Source: Callorhinchus milii
Taxonomy: Eukaryota
Direction of reading: 5' to 3'
DNA: 64,000 bases
Assembly: GCF_018977255.1 (NCBI RefSeq)
Contig: NW_024704743.1
Span: forward strand, 83,702,001-83,766,000
In this document: piece after piece, positions 12,850 to 24,365 of the stretch
Numbering within the stretch: the stretch's first letter is position 1
How the letters are laid out: each line of letters starts with the position of its first letter
Notes under the pieces: generated by a model
Seen by the model: the letters and a program-made list of their open reading frames with translations, nothing else
Databases searched by the model: none
Told to the model about the DNA's origin: nothing
Translations under genes and position numbers: made by a program

Positions 12850-13822
12850 GTTCATAACATCGAGGTTTGACTATGCAAACTCCTTGCTTGTCGGCCTCCC
12901 CAACTCCTCCCTCCATAGGCTGCAGATCATTTGGAGTCCTGTGGCTCAGTGGTTAGAGTACTCGCCTTGCAAGCGAGACACCTGGGTTCAATTCCAGGCA
13001 GGGTGAAACCTTGGGCAAGTTTCCTTACTCCACACGCCTAATAGTAATCCCTCCAAAACAAAAAAAAACAATAATAAGTTGGTCATTTTCAATCCACAAC
13101 TGTTTGTGGGACACTGCTGTGTGCAATTGGCTGCCGCGTTTCGCCCACAAATATACGGTCAATTCACTTTACAGTGTGTTCTGTGAAGCCCTTTGAGACG
13201 TTTAGAAGATGTGAAAAGCGCTATATCAAATGCAAGGATTATTATTATTATTATTATTATAAAAGTGCTATATCAAATGCAAGGATTATTATTATTATTA
13301 TCATCCAGAACTCTGCAGCCCATGTCCTCTCCCGCACCAGGCTCCGTGACCCTATCATCCCCATCCTCGCCCGACTCCACTGGCTTCCCATCATACAGAG
13401 GATACAGTTCAAGATCCTGGTCCTCACCTTCAAAGCCCTCCATGGCTATGGCTCCCCCTAATTCTGCGACCTCCTAACCCCCTATCATCCTGCCCGCTCC
13501 CTCCGCTCAGCGGTCTCCGGCCTGCTTCATGTCCCCCGCCTCGCCCGCCCCATCATTGGCGGGCGGGCCTTCAGCCACTCTGCCCCCACCCTCTGGAACT
13601 CCATCCCGGAGTCCCTCTGCCTCACCTCTTCCCTTGCCTCCTTCTAGACCCATCTCAAGACCCTCTTCTTCGGCTGTGCTTTCGATCACCCTGCTTCCCC
13701 TCCCTGCCCTCCACCCTCCCCAATCTCAACCCCCAGCTTGGGTCCGAAACACTGACTGTCCAGCGCCTTGGGACATCCTGTCGATGTGAAAGGCACTTTA
13801 CAAATGTAATTTTGTTGTTGGT
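12850..13822 (+). mobile_element. L2 LINE 3' fragment interrupted by a SINE at 12931-13299
   Basis: SRFDYANSLLVGLP...RLQI|IQNSAAHVL...LHWLPIIQRIQFKILVLTFKALHG peptide, then 3' UTR and (TTG)n tail. Confidence 0.9.
12931..13299 (+). mobile_element. tRNA-Ala-headed SINE with L2-type tail; tail tandemly duplicated
   Basis: A box TGGCTCAGTGG, anticodon arm CTCGC-CTTGCAA-GCGAG, B box GGTTCAATTCC, (ATT)n tail, flanking ATCAT repeats. Confidence 0.92.
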
Positions 13823-16496
13823 GGCGTTTTTGATCAGTTGGGTGTCTAAGACATGCAGAAATCCATCACCATGCTTAAGAATATCCAAACCAGTCTGATA
13901 GTTCGACATATGGATGCCATCTACACGTGAAAATGTTCACTCACTCCGTGTAGGAAGGGACGCATTCTTTTAACTAATTCCAGAAAATATTAGGCGCAGA
14001 TTGTGGAAAGATAGTTTGTAAACTGCAGAATGTGATGGGGATACTGCTGGAGTTAAACCAGATAAAATCACATGCATAGCTTGCTTCTGTGAACTCTGTC
14101 AGCTTCCTGCTGCTTTTCCTCATAGGACCACACCGTGTTAAGGTTTAGGCTTCAAGGAATAACACACCCCAAATGGGAAGATTCCATAAAAATTCCTCTT
14201 GATATTTCCCTAATTCTGACAGTTCTAAACAATATAGAGGAGTTTCTGTGATAATACGAATTCCAAGCAGTTTTGAACCTGCCAGTAGCTATTACTTTTC
14301 AGAAAATAATTCCATTTGAACAAGTTGCACATATGCGCTATTTTTCTCTATTTTATATCCATTTTTGTTTCAGTACAACAGAAAAAAAACTTCTCAATGT
14401 GATTGAAATTAAGACTATTTTCTAAAATTCCATACCATCTTAAATATTGAGATGAGGATCTTAAGCCTAAGAAAGTGAGAAGTATTGGAAATGCTTTCTT
14501 TCCAAAGACACTAAATTTACAGATGATGGGAGATTGCCACAAAATCTCACCAATCTTCACACTCACAGGGCACACTGGAGGAAAACTTAAAACAGGTTGG
14601 TTTGCCACAATTTAACTGTATTCCACTTTAACTCTTCCACTAATTTAACTAATTTAACAATTTAACTCTTCCACTAATGGCTCCCTCTTTGGACCTCTAT
14701 ACATATTTTGTTGATTGCAGTTGTCCTTCCATAACTCAACAGCCTTCTGGATAGTGCTTTGATCAGGTTAAGGATCTTTTTTGTGTGATACAATGTTCTA
14801 CATCAGAAGATGCACAAATTGGAGAACACAAGGGTGTAGTTTGATGAAAGGTCATCGGCAACTGAATAGAAAAACAGAGGACATAACAACAAGAGAAGCA
14901 TTTCGTTTTTTGAACTTCAAGTGTCTTCGGCAGCTGTGAATACAAAATATTTTCCACCAAAGAATAGGGTTTTAATGTAGAATTTTTTACTTTTTAATGA
15001 GAATCTGAATTTTATTCTTTCACACTTAGGTTAATGGGGTGATGTTTCTGATGTTTTATGATGTGTTCCTTGTGATTANTTTTTTTGCACTGTTTGAAAA
15101 GAGAAGGGAATTTCTCCCAGCCAACAATCTACCAGATTAATTGGTCATTTATTGAATAGCTGTTCTGCTTGCCTAATAAAAAGACAACTCACTTGACAGG
15201 AATTACTTGTGAAGTGCTTTGAGCTGTTTTGGCGTGATAAGGTGTGATAATTTAAAAATATTATTTCATTCTATCTCTCTCCAAAAGCATTCTTTTGCAG
15301 TCTATTTTCATTCTAGAAACTGTAAAATAAAAATTCCGTAGAGTCACCTGTTGTACAATAGGATTTGGAGCATCTCAAAACATACTGCTGACCTCCAAAA
15401 ATCTATTTCTGACTACCTACTGAACATCACAATGGTGCTTCATTTCAATGTACTTACGATTTCAAATCACACCAGAGGCTAAACCCTTACAAGTGGATCA
15501 ATCTACCAGTGAATAGCCCGGTTCATTTCTTGCTGACTTGCTGACTTTTAATAATAGTTAGTCAAATATTGGAAATCTTTCACAAAGGAAGACGGGAGGG
15601 AGATCCAGCTTGAGGTGGATTGATGTCCATCTCTTCTCTTCCATTCTGCTCCAGATCTCCAACAAAACTTAATGGAACCAGTGAGGATTTAGAATGCCCT
15701 GAAGTTCAGGGATGTCAAACAGATTCCCAATTAGCCCCCTATTTCTGAGTTCAAGTCCTGGCAAACAAGCATACAATGAATGTCTTTGAGTTTCTTGTGT
15801 ACAGCTTGGGTTGTTGAGATGTTAGATTGTTAAAGTGAAAGGAGTTCTTGTCTGTAAGTGTGTGGGTGTGACACTGTTACTGGGAGCAACACAGTTAGAT
15901 ATTAGAACACAAGCGCCCACTCACAAACACTTAAGCTCATGTTAGACTTTTAATGCAAAATCATCGCTGTAAGCAATTGAAAGCCTTTTATATTTATTTT
16001 GTCAGAAGATAAATTTCGAATGGTATTGAAGCCACAATCACAATGTCAAAATTCAGTTCTTATTACACAGATAACAAATCGGTCACAGTTGCTGGGAGTA
16101 CTGTTATCTTCAGCCACCCAAAAAAAATCATAAGAGAAGCAAATAACTTTGACAAAATGCAACTTTTTCCTCTTAAAAGTAGTTTGGAATACACATTTCT
16201 TTTTTAAAAACAGATTCCACAGAAGAAAATTCAAAAGCACATGGTTAAAATATGTAGTCAAAGCCAGACAAAAATCACATTTTTATCATGAGCTGATTTG
16301 TGTTAAAGTCCAGTTTTAACAATAACATAGTATAGTGACCACAAGGAGAAGCAGAACGAAGGAATGCAATGGAAGAGTCCTGCATTTCCCTGTCTCTCCG
16401 GCCCCTTCCCCCCCAACTGTAGGGAGACAAGGAGTGAATTTCCTAGATGTTCTGGTACAAAGATGAAAATCACTCCTGGTGATTATCAGGTGTGGG

Positions 16497-16830
16497 TAAG
16501 GCTGGAATGAGCTGAGGGAAAGGCTGGATGAAGTGAAGGATAGACAAGGTGCGAGGTGAGAGACAGGCTGGAGTGAGATGAGGGAAAGGCTGGAGTGAGG
16601 TGAGGGAGAAGCTGGAGTGAGGGAGAGGCTGGAGTGAGGTGAGGGAGAAGCTGGAGTGAGGAGAGGCTGGAGTGAGGTGAGGAGAGCTGGAGTGAGATGA
16701 GCAAGAGACAAGGCGTGAGGTGGGGGAGAGACAAGGCATGAGCTGCGGGAGAGACAAAGTGTGAGGTGTGGGAGGGACGAGGTGTGAGCTGAGGGAGGTG
16801 TGGGAAGGACAAGGTGTGAGGGTAGGAGAA
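16497..16830 (+). repeat. Purine-rich minisatellite, unit approximately GGCTGGAGTGAGGTGAGGGAGAA
   Basis: Directly visible tandem copies; explains the low-complexity ORFs at 16316-16812. Confidence 0.9.
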
Positions 16831-19439
16831 GCTGTTTCGATGCTCTGGATGCTGGTGTTAAACTAGTTGCAAAGTATCAAGAGTCATATTTGGCTGGGAT
16901 AAAACTCCCTGATGAATGAAATTAAACAAGGTGTACATATGGCAGAATGTTATTGAACACATTCACTGAATCAGGGCAATTGAAGCAATTGTTAGCACAG
17001 TCAGGTTCCAGCAGTCAGGACCATCCTGTGCAAACACCCCTTTGTTCTAGGTTTGGTGAAATGGAAAATAAAGACATTGAAAAGTGCAATGAGCCAACAC
17101 ATTTCAATGCACAAAAAACAAAGAGCCTTGGAACAAGCCACGCCTATTCACAGTGAGAGCTGCAAAGAAAGCCATTGTTTACTCAGTTAACAAAACAGCG
17201 TTGCTCTGGCTGTTACTGGTACCCTGTACCACTGAGATTAGCACGGATGAACAAAATGGCACCCATTTGCAGTGCGGTATTGGCAATAAATATAGTGATA
17301 TTATGGTTGAACTGTTTCTCCTTTTGTGAATTTTTAAAAAAAAACTCGGAGCCATTCCTATTGGTATGTTGGTGTTTGCTCTACTCTTCCACTTTTGTTT
17401 CCTAAAAGAATCTGCTTTGGTGCAGAATTCAAATGCAATCCTATTTAATGTCAGCCTACAGCTTAGGACAAAGAGCGAGTGTCTGAGCACATTCCGTTAA
17501 CTGCTGGAGTGGGCTGAGCTAATGGAATGACACTATCTGTGCAAAGAAAAAAAACATGTTAACAGGAGCAGGGTGGGGGAAGCAGCTTCTTTACATTATC
17601 AGCAACGAATGTACCTTCAGATTTCTTTTAATCTTATTTAACTGATTTGGATAATCGGCCATTTTTTGGAGCCTACTGGGGCTGGAGAACAGAAGTTCGA
17701 GAGCAAAGTTAAATCAAGTTCTCACAGCCAACATCTAGTCAGGAGCGTCTTGCCACTATCAAAGTGCTTTGCAATTTAGATGCAAAACAAGAACAAATCA
17801 TATCACTCTTCGCATTGTAAAGATATTGCATGAAGAGAGATGCTTGAAGCTGATTAAAGTACGCAGTTGTCTTTCTCAGACAAACTGCCAGGTAGTTTAA
17901 TATATCTGCTGAATTGCAGTTTTTCAAAAGGTTTGATAAAAAGAGATTTCAGTTTGGTTCTGAGCCAGACCAATCTCCCTTCAAAGATACACAAGTTACA
18001 CAATTTAACTTTTTTTGTTCAGTAAAAGACAAAAAGACAAAAAGCCACAGATCTGAAGGGAATAGAGAGAGTGACTAGGATGGACTTCTGCAGTCACTTC
18101 TCTCCCCAGTGAAAAACTGTAGCAGATACTAGCAGCTGGCTATTTTCACTCTGGCTGCTTTGTAAGCAAGACCTATGGCAACACCCAATACTACACTATA
18201 TCTCTTCCCTGCCACTGCACTATACGAGTACCTCTGTAACACTAACTCTGTCTGAGAAGTCAAGGAAAACCTTCCTTACTCTATTTACAACATGCAATAA
18301 GAGACCCTAAAATAGGGCAAGTCGTTTGTTGAGTACTGTATTTTACAGATTTGTTTTGAAAAAGCTTCTTCCTTAGCATAAACAAACCCAATAATAAATG
18401 CCAAACCAAGGAGCTTTTAGAAAGAGCCCTTTGCTTCATTCAGCGTTTTCCACTCACCCCATAAGTATTAAGACATTTGCCAGCCCATAGATAGGCTGCA
18501 CCAATATAAAGCATTAGGTCCTACAAGATACAGTTTGGCGCTATTTACTTACAATTTTATTCTATAATGTTGATATAATTAACCAGCAATCTTATACATT
18601 TCCCAAGGATTTTTGAATTCAATTCGATCAATAGTGAATGGTAACAGTTAGTATTATTCAGTTGTAATACAGTTATCACCACAAATACAATGCTACAAAA
18701 CTAGATACCTGAAGCTTGTTTAATTCCCCCAACCCATCTTATTGATTCTACCTCGCTTGAGTCGAAACTCACTTAGAATGACATTCACGCACAAAAATAT
18801 TAAGAAATCCAAATAACAATGAGAAACAAATATTTTAAAGACAGACCTTGGTTTCATTCATTGTTCACCCTACCCTATAAGCATTAAGACTTTAAAGGAT
18901 GGCATGCCAGCCCATTGAGCTATACAGCTTTTTAACTAGAAGACAACTTGCAAGAAATAAACATTTTTCTCTACAAATTTTAGAGGACCTGCTTTGAAAA
19001 GGCAATCATTTTACTGCATATCTAAAATGACATTATGATATGTAAAATAATCCTTGCTTTTGATATAAGGCTTTTGTCTCACTAACATAAATCAGAGGGA
19101 ACTACACTCTTAGTTATCAATAAACTCATTAAACTAATTGGTAAATGCAAAAACAACAATCTCAGCAGTATGAGCACAGAACTTTTTTTTTAAATAACAT
19201 TGAAAGTGATTGAATTGCTCACTGGAGCCCAATCTGACTATGTGGATGAACAGACAAAAGACGAGAATGGGTATTTACACAGTGGGTGTATAGGACTTAA
19301 GCTTTGCCAAATTGGTGGGATGAGCCCTTGGGGTCATTCTCTGAATATCGATAAATTTACTGACCAATTTATTGAGAATTGAACCCATTTGCTTCCCCAA
19401 GTTGGGAAATCTATTTTTGATTAGAAATTCACGCCTATT

Positions 19440-19481
19440 GTGTGAAAAATCCCAATACAAGCCCAACACAGTCAATTTATT
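19440..19481 (-). terminator. Candidate poly(A) signal for the read-through Golli transcript
   Basis: Minus-strand AATAAA at 19476-19481 followed by GU-rich TTGACTGTGTTGGGCTTGTATTGGG; other AATAAA at 19368-19373 and 18556-18561. Confidence 0.35.
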
Positions 19482-20198
19482 GACGAGAGGGGAATCGGAG
19501 ACTCTCATTCCCCAAGGTCAGTATATTTTCCAATAATTTAAAACTAACCTATTCCCTGCCATACCCCCATTCATTTTCGAATCCCTTGTTCTTTGTGGGA
19601 ATCTATATCCCTTACAGCATTGGTAGTATTATTTCTAGCAACTGATTTGATTCAGGGATCACTTATTTTGCTTCTAATGCAGCTAAATAACAATCTAAGA
19701 CAATTAAGCTTCTTGCATTTTGTTACTGTTCTTCACCCACAGAAGGTTAACTGAAACATTATAGAATATTGATGGAATATTTTATGATCTAGTGTAACTG
19801 CAGAAACTGCAAGGTCCTCATAAATTTGTACAGTTCACATATCTACTTCAGGTCCTACACCATGCTTTTGTTCGTCAGTAAATCGCTTAATATCTAGATT
19901 AAACGTGCACAGTCCTCTTACAATATTAATACTTATCTAAACAGAGAAAGTAAGACAGAAGTTGCTGAACCTTGCGGATATTCCACATGCGCTGCATTTT
20001 TAATACAAATGCGAAGGAGCAAAATTATTTTATAATGAACATACACAAGCATATTATTTGAAAATATTAACACCAGGGATAAAAGACCAGCAAAACTTAA
20101 AACTGAATGTTAAAGATCACTGGCTAGTTCAACCCTTGCTGAGACTGAGGCAGTTTATGGAACCCTCCACTGAGGGTTTTAAGCTCCTGCTCAGCCCT

Positions 20199-20216
20199 CT
20201 ATCCCTCCGAGCTCAC
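20199..20216 (-). CDS. MBP: Read-through extension VSSEG-stop giving a short BG21/HOG5-type Golli isoform
   Basis: GTG AGC TCG GAG GGA TAG directly after the donor; the mammalian short Golli isoform ends in a VSSE-type tail by the same read-through. Confidence 0.7.
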   Translation of the reverse strand: MSSEG

Positions 20217-20689
20217 CTTGCCCTTCTCAGGTACTCTCTTGGATCCTTCTTGTCCAAACAGTTTTCCCAGCTGGTCAAGTAGACCTGAGTCTCTTTGCCT
20301 TGAGTGGGATCCTCCAGCTTGTTTAGCGTGGTCTGAGGTGCTTGCAGATGCCATTTGTTTTGTTACTGATCCTTTCTTCTCTGAACTAGTTGATGTTTGT
20401 GAGGCCAGTTTCTGCGCTTCCATCAAGTCCGGGCTGACCAAGGATACTGAGCTATCTTCCTCGATGGTCTGAAGTTCTTCTGATTCCGATGGGCGGTCTT
20501 TGAAGGTGTTGTCCTCGCGTCCTGGTGCGTCTCGGGAAAAGAGGCGGACCAAGTGTGGGCGAGCAGCTGCCTCAGCTGTGTTGGGTGACTTCCAGGCATT
20601 CTTTGGTTCCCCATCATCCTTGGAGTCTGTCACCACCACCTTCTTCTCCTTTGAGGGAGATCCATTGTTCTGATTAACATCTGCCTCTG
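20217..20689 (-). CDS. MBP: Large shared exon, 473 nt: C-terminal Golli domain ([10 protein letters not shown]...[36 protein letters not shown]) followed by classic MBP first coding exon ([15 protein letters not shown]...[26 protein letters not shown])
   Basis: ORF 20199-20750 peptide closely matches Golli and chondrichthyan MBP N-termini as I recall them. Acceptor tttgctacag|CAG, donor AAG|gtgagc. In-frame ATGs at 20423 and 20354. Confidence 0.97.
20470..20672 (-). promoter_or_regulatory. Putative classic-MBP proximal promoter inside Golli coding sequence
   Basis: TATA-like TTCAAA (20499-20504), GC box TCCGCCTC (20541-20548), NFI-like TGGAAGTCACCCAA (20581-20594), Sox site AACAATG (20663-20669); arrangement matches the mammalian Mbp promoter as I recall it. 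Confidence 0.6.
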
Positions 20690-22127
20690 CTGTAGCAAAT
20701 AACAAGTATAAGCTATGAATACAGGCCTCCAAAAACACATGCCAGTACAATACTGCTTTTCACAAAGTAATTCTTAGTCACATTAACACTCATTACACAG
20801 AATAGAAGCAACTAAATAGCGTTTTTTTTACAATATTTGTATATCCCTGAAGTAAAAGGTTTCGCCTTCTAATCATGCAGGTACTCTTCCCAATTAAACT
20901 TGTGTAGCTAAGGACACCCCCACCCCCAAAAAATTACAACATTCTTTGATATATTGCCACATGCAAATTCTCTTACTAGAACAGTACTGATACTGTACCG
21001 TGCTAAAGGCAGTAACAAAACACCAAGCCATCAGCATACTAAATATGTTTTAACAGTTATTCTTTGTTTCACTGAATGTATTTATTCAGTACAGAACAAA
21101 AGAGGGGGTTGGTGTCATAGCATGGTGAACGTTCTTCCTGAGCAAGCAAGGAGAACTCGAGAGCTCTTTCAAATGCTTTTTTCTTAAAAAAAAGTGAAAT
21201 CATGTTAAAAATAATCATAGTTGTTCTTTTCACATCGCATCAATTTCTGCGATCGCATTGCCAACTTTAGGCACGATATCTGCTGCTTTCTTGACTGGGC
21301 ACGGACTATGTTTCAGTGCTTCATTCCTGATGTGCTTTATATTCAATTCAGCAGAATATAAAGCATTTTCCACCCATTTGATATCCTATTACCACCAATT
21401 GCTTGAAATATCAGCAAATGGCTTCTGGGACCAATGGTGAATGCAAAAATCGGAAAAGAATACATTTCATGACTGGGTAGAGTGAGTGTGATCAAGATGA
21501 AGGTACTGCCCAGATTACACTTATCTGCTGTAAGAATACCTGCCTGGGTAAACATACACCTGGATAAGCAGAGATTGATTCATCTAATGAGCAAAGATCT
21601 AATATCTATACCTCAAACTTCCCAACTTATGCCAAAACTACTGGGTGCCCAATTGAAAACTGTAGCAACCTGGAATCATGCAAAGCCAAAGAAAAAACAA
21701 AGGATATTAAACTCAGAATTGTGCAACGGACACTTAATATCTCAAAATGAAAATGTTCTATTTCTTCCTACATTTTAAAAACTCTGCTATGTCCACACCT
21801 CCAATGTTCCATGTACCGATCCCTATTGAGAAGACCAGGGACATGCTCACTTGTGTTTAATAATGTTCCTCTGGAACTAGCAGAAGAGGTGGTGGAGAGT
21901 GACCAAGGGCATGTTTCCCTTTGTCCTTAGAGGAATCTGCACAAACATTTCTTGGCCCATCTTCCCCAACACACACTGGGAAATTACTTGAATATACTGC
22001 TCTGGCTCCTTTCTCTGATAGCCTGGTCAATATGAGGATTTCACTTTCACTGCACCACTCTGTAGTAGAACAAATTATGAATATAGCCCAAGCTTTGGTC
22101 TACTTATTGTAACAGTAGGTTACAATA

Positions 22128-22490
22128 CAACAACAACTTGCATTTATATAGTGCCCTTTATGCGGGTTAGCATCTCGGAGTGCTTAACAGGAGTGGAGCT
22201 TGATGTTGAGGGAGAGGGGCAGCTGACCATCAAAAGAGGAAGATCTCCAGGTGTGATCTGAAGATGGACAAGGAGGCAAGGCGAAGGAATTGAGAGTAAG
22301 AGTTTAGGACGTAATGGCTGAAAGCATGGCTACTGATGGAGGAATGGAAGGAACAAGGGATGTGCAGGAGATAAGAGCCAGCTGAGTGAAGGCAGTGAGT
22401 AGTGGAGTGGGGTGTAAGCAGGTTGGAGAGGTAGGGAGGTGCCAAGGCATGATGTGATTTATACACGAATATGAGGATCCTGAAATTAAT
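22128..22490 (-). mobile_element. L2 LINE 3' fragment
   Basis: APPYLSNLL...AFSH peptide (ORF 22230-22466) and caacaacttgcatttatatag tail on the plus strand. Confidence 0.8.
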
Positions 22491-24020
22491 CCATTCAGCA
22501 ATAAAATATATAAGTTATAATAGGTCACTATTATATAAACTATATATATGATGACTTGACATTTTAAAAAGTTTGATTGTTTCCATTCGAGGATCAGGGC
22601 CATTCTTCCCTTCCCCGGATGCTTTTTCAAACAATACTTTATCAAACTATTCAAAGACTACAAAAGGAATATACCACATAAGTATTTATTCTGGACTAGA
22701 TGATGAGCCATACTTTTGTTGTAGGCATATATTCACAAGGAACTCAATTGAATCCAGATTGCCTGAACTAATTTTCCTGGAGACCTCAATAGCCACGAGA
22801 GAATGGAATCTTCTAGATTTTCTTCGCCATCCTACAAGTAAAAGATTAATATTCCAATCCGCGTCATCCGATCAGAGTTCAACCTTGAAACAAACATTGA
22901 CTGAAAGGCTATTGTTCTCATCAGTCACTGGTCACACTGCCTCAGCACAATGGAACAAACCGACATTTGAAATGTTTTCGCTTCAACTTTGTGAGAGGAG
23001 TTGTTGCGAATGATGTGATATCAGCTCTGCTTCCACCAGTGGTGAACGAAGGCTTGGGTAAGCTGCTTTCAGTGTTACTGCGCTGGCATTGTGGAGATTG
23101 CCTGCGAACAGACCAAGTGGAAAAGCACTCTGATAGCCTGGACCAGGAACTCATCTCAGACTGTGATAAACGGTAATAATAATCCTTACATTTTATATAC
23201 CATCTTTCATGTTCGGAGTGATAACACAAAGGGCTTCACAGGACAAACTGTGAAGTGTAGTGGACTGTCTTTTGTCGGCAAACGGTCTGCTTTCTACAGC
23301 AGTAGCCTTGGGATGTCCTCCGATGTGAAAGGTGGTATACAAATGTAATTTTCTATTGTATTGTAGTTTCATATATTTTCAACACTGTACAATTAGGTTA
23401 TTGATGAGGCTTTTTTTAACCTTCATTTTCACATCAGGACACTCCCAAACAGTGGTGGTAGTGGTGGTAGTGGGTGCATGTGTGTGGGGAGGGGGGGGAT
23501 GAGGGTAGGGGTGCTGCTTTGTTGGAGGTGCCTTTCTTCAGATGAGAAATAAACCCAAGCTCCTGTCTTCCTGTTCAGTGGGCATTAAAGATACCGTGGC
23601 ACTATTTGAAAAGACATTGGTGCTTCTCTTTGTGTCCTGGACAACAATCCCCCAGAAAAAATGGTCATTCACTTCATGGCTGTTTGCAGAACACTGCTAT
23701 GCATAAATTGGCTGCCATGTTTTCCTCCACCATACAGTCACTACCCTTTATAATAAATCTTGTGAAATACTTTAAGATGTCCTCCTCCCGACTTGAAAGG
23801 TACAATAATAAATGCAAGTATTATTATTATTATTGCAGCGAGACTCTGCCTGACTTCTTTCCCATTATTCTTACACTCTCACAGCAAAAGCTAAGTAATT
23901 GCCTGCACTGCAACAATAGTGGGGAGTAAAATGGTAAGTGGGGTAAACAACTTCAGGGATCAAGTTCACCATCAGAGAGCCACTCAGCAAGATCACTTCA
24001 GCTAAATATTGCTAGCTTGT

Positions 24021-24365
24021 GGAGTCCTGTAGCTTATTGGTTAGAGCACTCGCCTTGCAAGCGAGAGACCTTGGGTTTGGTTCCCTGCAGGGTGAAACGT
24101 TACTCCACACGCCTCTAGCGTAAATAGGAACAGCTATCAGTAAATAGGAACCCTGTTGTTAGTCGGGTAATAATCCCTTACAAGAATAATAATTTGGTCA
24201 CTTAATCCAGAACTGTTTGTGGGGCACTGCCGTACGCAATTGGCTGCCGCTTTTCACCCACAAAATATACAGTCAATTTACTTTACAATACATTCTGTGA
24301 AGCACTTTGAGGCATCTCGAAGACGGGATAAGGCACTATATCAAATACAAGGGTTATTATTATTA
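24021..24365 (+). mobile_element. tRNA-Ala-headed SINE, long variant
   Basis: Same head and tail, plus an extra gtaaataggaac...gttagtc segment. Confidence 0.88.

Noticed and set aside
16316..16812. Overlapping Ser/Pro/Leu/His-rich ORFs
   Set aside because: Translations of a minisatellite.
20690..20750. N-terminal [10 protein letters not shown]... part of the 183-aa ORF
   Set aside because: Upstream of the splice acceptor; intronic sequence that happens to be open.
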